A DNA stretch of 64,000 nucleotides from positions 83,142,001 to 83,206,000 of the forward strand of contig OZ320318.1 in assembly GCA_976226885.1 (NCBI GenBank), in the 5' to 3' direction. The notes below the pieces were generated by a model. The model saw only the letters and a program-made list of their open reading frames with translations, was not told the origin of the DNA and made no database searches. Shown here in pieces: positions 59,948 through 64,000 of this stretch (its first letter is position 1; the number at the start of each line of letters is the position of its first letter). The stretch comes from Iphione sp. A-MEVVRFRX5 (Eukaryota). The translations under genes and the position numbers were made by a program.

Positions 59948-60109
59948 CTCTTCACTTGTTAAATGCTGAATACGCTCCAATTTTCTCTTCTTTTCAAGAA
60001 CGAGTGGATTATCTTCAATGTTGTTGTCATTCGCCCATTGCATGAGCTCATGAACGTTTGTGAAATCTCTGAGTCCATTCCTGATGAAATCGATGTTAGC
60101 TTGTGCCAT
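59948..60109 (-). CDS. pPolB putative exon 1
   Basis: ATG...MAQANIDFIRNG...LTSEE|gtaaag, 54 codons, phase 0. Confidence 0.68.
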
Positions 60110-60148
60110 TCTTGAATACTGAAGGGATTCGGTTAAAATCAGCCTCCC

Positions 60149-60156
60149 TATTTATA
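60149..60156 (-). promoter_or_regulatory. TATA box for the pPolB transcript
   Basis: TATAAATA on the minus strand 40 bp upstream of ATG 60109. Confidence 0.65.
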
Positions 60157-61046
60157 GAGGATGGGATATCAGTTATCAGATATGAAATGTGATTTCACAA
60201 CCAAGTGAAAGGACTGGAAAATAGATTCGAATACTTTTTTCCCAATATCTAATAAATGTATCCTAATTGAAAGTATTGTTTTTTCATTCATTCCCGTCAT
60301 AATAGAAAACTATGATGAAATCATTTTTATGGAATATCAAAACACATACGCCATCTATATTTAAGTTTCAGCAAAAGCGAAAATATTTTTCCTGCATATG
60401 ACACTAGGTGGAGTTGAAGGGACATGATTGCAACAAGATTCGAGTCTCCATCTATCCGCTAGATGGCTACATAAAAATCATTGCTCTAGTTCCATTGCTT
60501 ACCGGTAGGATTGAAATAGACGCTAACAAACAACGATTCGTCTTTTTTTAGCAAAATATAAATGATTGACAATGTTTTCCATCTCTACATACAGTTAAAA
60601 AGTTGAAATACTCCATAATTAAATGAAAAAATGAATAGGGAATTGAATACAAAACCGAAACAAGCATATTAATATGGAATACAGTTATTTTTTCAAACAT
60701 CTCCTAAAAAACACCATTTACAGATACATTTAAATTAAATATAGTCTTATCTGAAATGAAATCCTGGTATGTTTGTTTTGGGACAGTCTTCCCTTGATCA
60801 TTGGAGGACTGGCTCATTTTCGGGTCAGCACCTCCCTGAATCATTGGAGGACTACCTGAATAGTTTTAGGAAGGATTCCTCGTGCATAGTTGCCCCAAGG
60901 TCCGCTCGTGTCCCGCCTGGCACGAGCGGCAATTTTTGAACAGGGACGCTCTAATTAGCGTCCCGATAATCAAATAGAAAAAAAAATCCCCATAGTCCAC
61001 GTTCAATAATTGAACCACCATACGTTACTCCAATGTAAAAAAGGTC

Positions 61047-61118
61047 TTCCCAGACTCGGATTTGAACCGAGGACATACGGATATTCCGTCCGACGCTCTC
61101 CCACTGAGCTACCTGGGA
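61047..61118 (-). tRNA. tRNA-Phe(GAA)-like Pol III gene with a non-canonical anticodon loop
   Basis: 72 nt: TCCCAGG/TCTGGGA, GCTC/GAGC, TCGGA/TCCGT (one mismatch, loop CG-GAA-TA), CTCGG/CCGAG (loop TTCAAAT). A and B boxes intact; T6 terminator 4 nt downstream. Confidence 0.78.
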
Positions 61119-61254
61119 TCTATACGTTTTAACACAGAAAAAAAAAAAGCTACTAAACCACGTTGAACGATTGCACCGCTAAACGTTACTCCAATGAGGA
61201 ATAAAGCAGATTTCACCACACCCCAACAATGAGAAAAAGACGGATTACACCATA

Positions 61255-61418
61255 GCTATTTCACCACAGCACGTTCCAGCCTATTTCACCACACTTCGTT
61301 CCACCAATGACAACACAGCAAGATTACACCATACCTATTTCATCACACCGCGTTCCACCAATGACAACACAGCAGGATTACACCATACCTATTTCATCAC
61401 ACCGCGTTCCACCAATGC
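61255..61418. repeat. Right subterminal repeats (54-bp unit x2 plus partial CTATTTCACCAC copies)
   Basis: CCACCAATGACAACACAGCA.GATTACACCATACCTATTTCATCACACCGCGTT is duplicated. Confidence 0.8.
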
Positions 61419-61431
61419 AGAGGCAGGAAAC

Positions 61432-61505
61432 CTGTGACGTCACAGAGGTCACGGCTCAGCCAATCAGGAGAAACTTTTCGCGACCCCTTACCCCACTATA
61501 CTACT
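61432..61505 (-). repeat. Right terminal inverted repeat (74 bp)
   Basis: Exact reverse complement of 38269-38342. Confidence 0.97.
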
Positions 61506-61807
61506 GTGGTTGGAGTTTTGGGTGTGGCTTCCGGGTCATGTCTGCCAAGGCACGAACGAATCTGCTTAACAACGAAAAAGGACCCTTGTCATCTTAGAGT
61601 CAGTGTCCTCGCGCTGACCATTTTTATTATGAAAAGGTAGCCCCCAAAATGCTTGGTGGATCTCTGTTTAACGCTCAAGCGGTTATGCGGAGTATATAAT
61701 ATGAGACACGCCTAATCTCAAGCATATATTTCTGTCGTGTTTGTACATCTGAGGATTTCGTCCAAGGTATCTTAGATGTTCATGCGGTCAAGCCTCATTA
61801 ATTGAAT

Positions 61808-61957
61808 NNNNNNNNNNNNNNNNNNNNNNNNNNNNNNNNNNNNNNNNNNNNNNNNNNNNNNNNNNNNNNNNNNNNNNNNNNNNNNNNNNNNNNNNNNNNN
61901 NNNNNNNNNNNNNNNNNNNNNNNNNNNNNNNNNNNNNNNNNNNNNNNNNNNNNNNNN
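61808..61957. other. Assembly gap (150 N)
   Basis: Run of N in the host flank. Confidence 1.
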
Positions 61958-64000
61958 GAAGGTGATCTTACTGCACGATTTGAAGTTACGTCTCGTAGAT
62001 CTAGTCGTCTCCACCTATATTTTTCGAGCGGTTAATCACTTTTTGCAATGATGAATTGGGACTAAGATGGAGACTTAGACATGTAACCATGTGCTTCAAA
62101 CAGGTGGGTCGTATGGCTTGGCAAAACAGAACTCACCAATCGACTCTCAGTCATATACTATTCACAATTGCTGATGAGAGGCCAGCTTTCAAAATAAGCA
62201 TGAATCTAAATAAGAGACAGACAAAAACTGCCAGACTTCACGTCAAGGACAAATAATTCTGGCTATCTCTGAAAATATTTCAGATGGACACAAGAGAGAG
62301 ACAGACAGACAGACAGACAGAGGCGAAGGTGAAGGTGATTTACTGCAAGTTTTGAAGTTAGATCTGATACATTTATACTCGTAACGGTTCCAATTTATAT
62401 CGAGTCTGGAGAAGCTAGCAGTTTGCCTCGTATCTGTGCACATGTCTGTGACATCAGTATAGTGGACAGAGCTTCGGCATGGCAATCAATCAGGGATTAG
62501 AAACACAAGTTGCCTTTTAATGGTCACATGAGACGAGAATTACCCCTTAACAGAGAACAACTGTGGACGGTGCGGTTGAGTAGTTATAAAGGTGAAAACT
62601 GCCCTACGGTAGACACCTGTCATGGTAGATGGGCAGGTGCTTTGGGAGCATAAGCTGGGTGATTCCTATTTGGTTGACAGTTGAATATGTACCTGCTTTT
62701 AAAACTACACGTCGTATATGCATTTGGCCATAAACATATCTGCGTTTCCGGCAAAAAAAATGAAAAAATATAGAGTCGGTAGTTCCGTGGATATTTTTTT
62801 TGTACAATAAGAAAATCCAATCAAAAGGGTCGGCAAGACTCTACACTCATAGAAACATAATTTCTGCTTCTATCTTTATGAAACTGGTAACATCTGAAAG
62901 CTAAGGCCCTATAAGGAAGAAAATGATGTTTCATATAAATAATAAAAAGCTCCTTTGGGTAAAAAGAAATCAGGGCTGGTCGGCTTACAGGAAACACAAA
63001 TAATTTTCTTTTTTTTACCAGGCCTTGGGATTCACATTATTTACAGTGAGTCAAAAGTCACTGCAACTAAGCACGTTAGATCGGCGATGGCATGCGGTTA
63101 AAAAGAACTTATCGAAGAGGGTACTGGGACGGTTAATGCGATCCAACTGTTTACTCGCGCTTTCAAAATGTAGTAGAAATTGGAATTTCTGTATAACCCT
63201 CACAGAAACTTCGTTCAAATTCAGATTTAAAAAAAAGACAATACGTCAAACGCACGAGTGTTTCTCATACATTCCGATCATTCCTCTGTGAAGTCATTCA
63301 CATCGGAATGACGCCGTCACGCTCGGTCACAGCGTCAGAACTTACTATAGTCTTCTGAACGGAGACAGTGTAAAAATTCCCCACACATAAGTAACTTACA
63401 AATAAAAGTAGCTTCATGAGAACAATTCACTAAACGAATGATGCCACTCTTGTTGAACGGGTCAACGAATCCAAAAATATAAGCCGAACCACCCAGTTGT
63501 AGAGGCACTATGCAGACCAAAAATGTCTGAAAAAATAAAGAAAAAAAAACACATACTACGTATCCCAAGGGTGTAATTTTCTAGATCGAGCAGCGTACAC
63601 CCCCTCCCCTTAACCCTCTCTGTCATGCTCTATTTGCCTGGCTACCACTTCCTTCATGGAAAAAAGGTTAACATTTCCCTCAGGTTCCTGGGTTCAAGTT
63701 AGTAAATCTCTGTCCGGACATCTTTGTTAGATGATCTCTGTTATTGCGTACGTATTACATGCCTTTCTATTTCAAACGTTTGTTTTACATGCAAAATAAA
63801 TAAACCATTTGGCTTAAAGAGGTAGACTTTACCGACTTAAATTTGGCATACTACAGAAATAGTACCCTCCTTATTATTTAAATTATTACTTTATGTGGAA
63901 AACGATATAATTGCACAACCTGGCTCGAAGAAACAGACGTTACCAAGTAAAAAGTCACAAAACTATAGAAATAGACCAGATGGTACAATGAAATAATTAT

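Larger units (their letters stand above)
38269..61505 (-). mobile_element. Complete Maverick/Polinton (adintovirus-like endogenous virus), 23,237 bp
   Basis: Identical 74-bp TIRs with AGTAGT...ACTACT termini; 6-bp TSD GTGGTT at 38263-38268 and 61506-61511; full set of pPolB, ATPase, integrase, minor and major capsid and protease genes. Confidence 0.98.

Noticed and set aside
61958-64000. Short ORFs in the right host flank
   Set aside because: All under 90 aa with no motifs or coherent splice pattern.

Overview
Eukaryotic (invertebrate-like, AT-rich, intron-rich; exact taxon not determinable) genomic DNA. Host part (1-38268 and 61506-64000): three minus-strand exons of a multi-Kazal protease inhibitor gene that runs off the left edge, an 8-exon minus-strand gene (21469-36134) reconstructed as a ~549-aa protein with two tandem MS4A/CD20-like 4-TM units, plus several MITEs and simple repeats. 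38269-61505 is a complete 23.2-kb Maverick/Polinton (adintovirus-like) element with perfect 74-bp TIRs starting AGTAGT and a 6-bp TSD (GTGGTT). All core genes look intact: pPolB, packaging ATPase, chromodomain integrase, minor and major capsid, basic core protein, adenain protease. The accessory load is unusual: a NADAR (YbiA/DUF1768)-like domain fused to the pPolB C-terminus; an inward-facing tRNA-Phe(GAA)-like gene near each end; a BIR-only IAP; a SOCS-box-like protein; a PC4-like protein; and two head-to-head LRR-capped type I membrane proteins, one apparently spliced to a >1100-aa tail with Pro-rich, NPF and HMGN-like RRSxRLS repeats. Several element genes appear to be spliced. All domain calls come from motif recognition by eye, not database searches; splice models are inferred from GT-AG signals and phase concordance.
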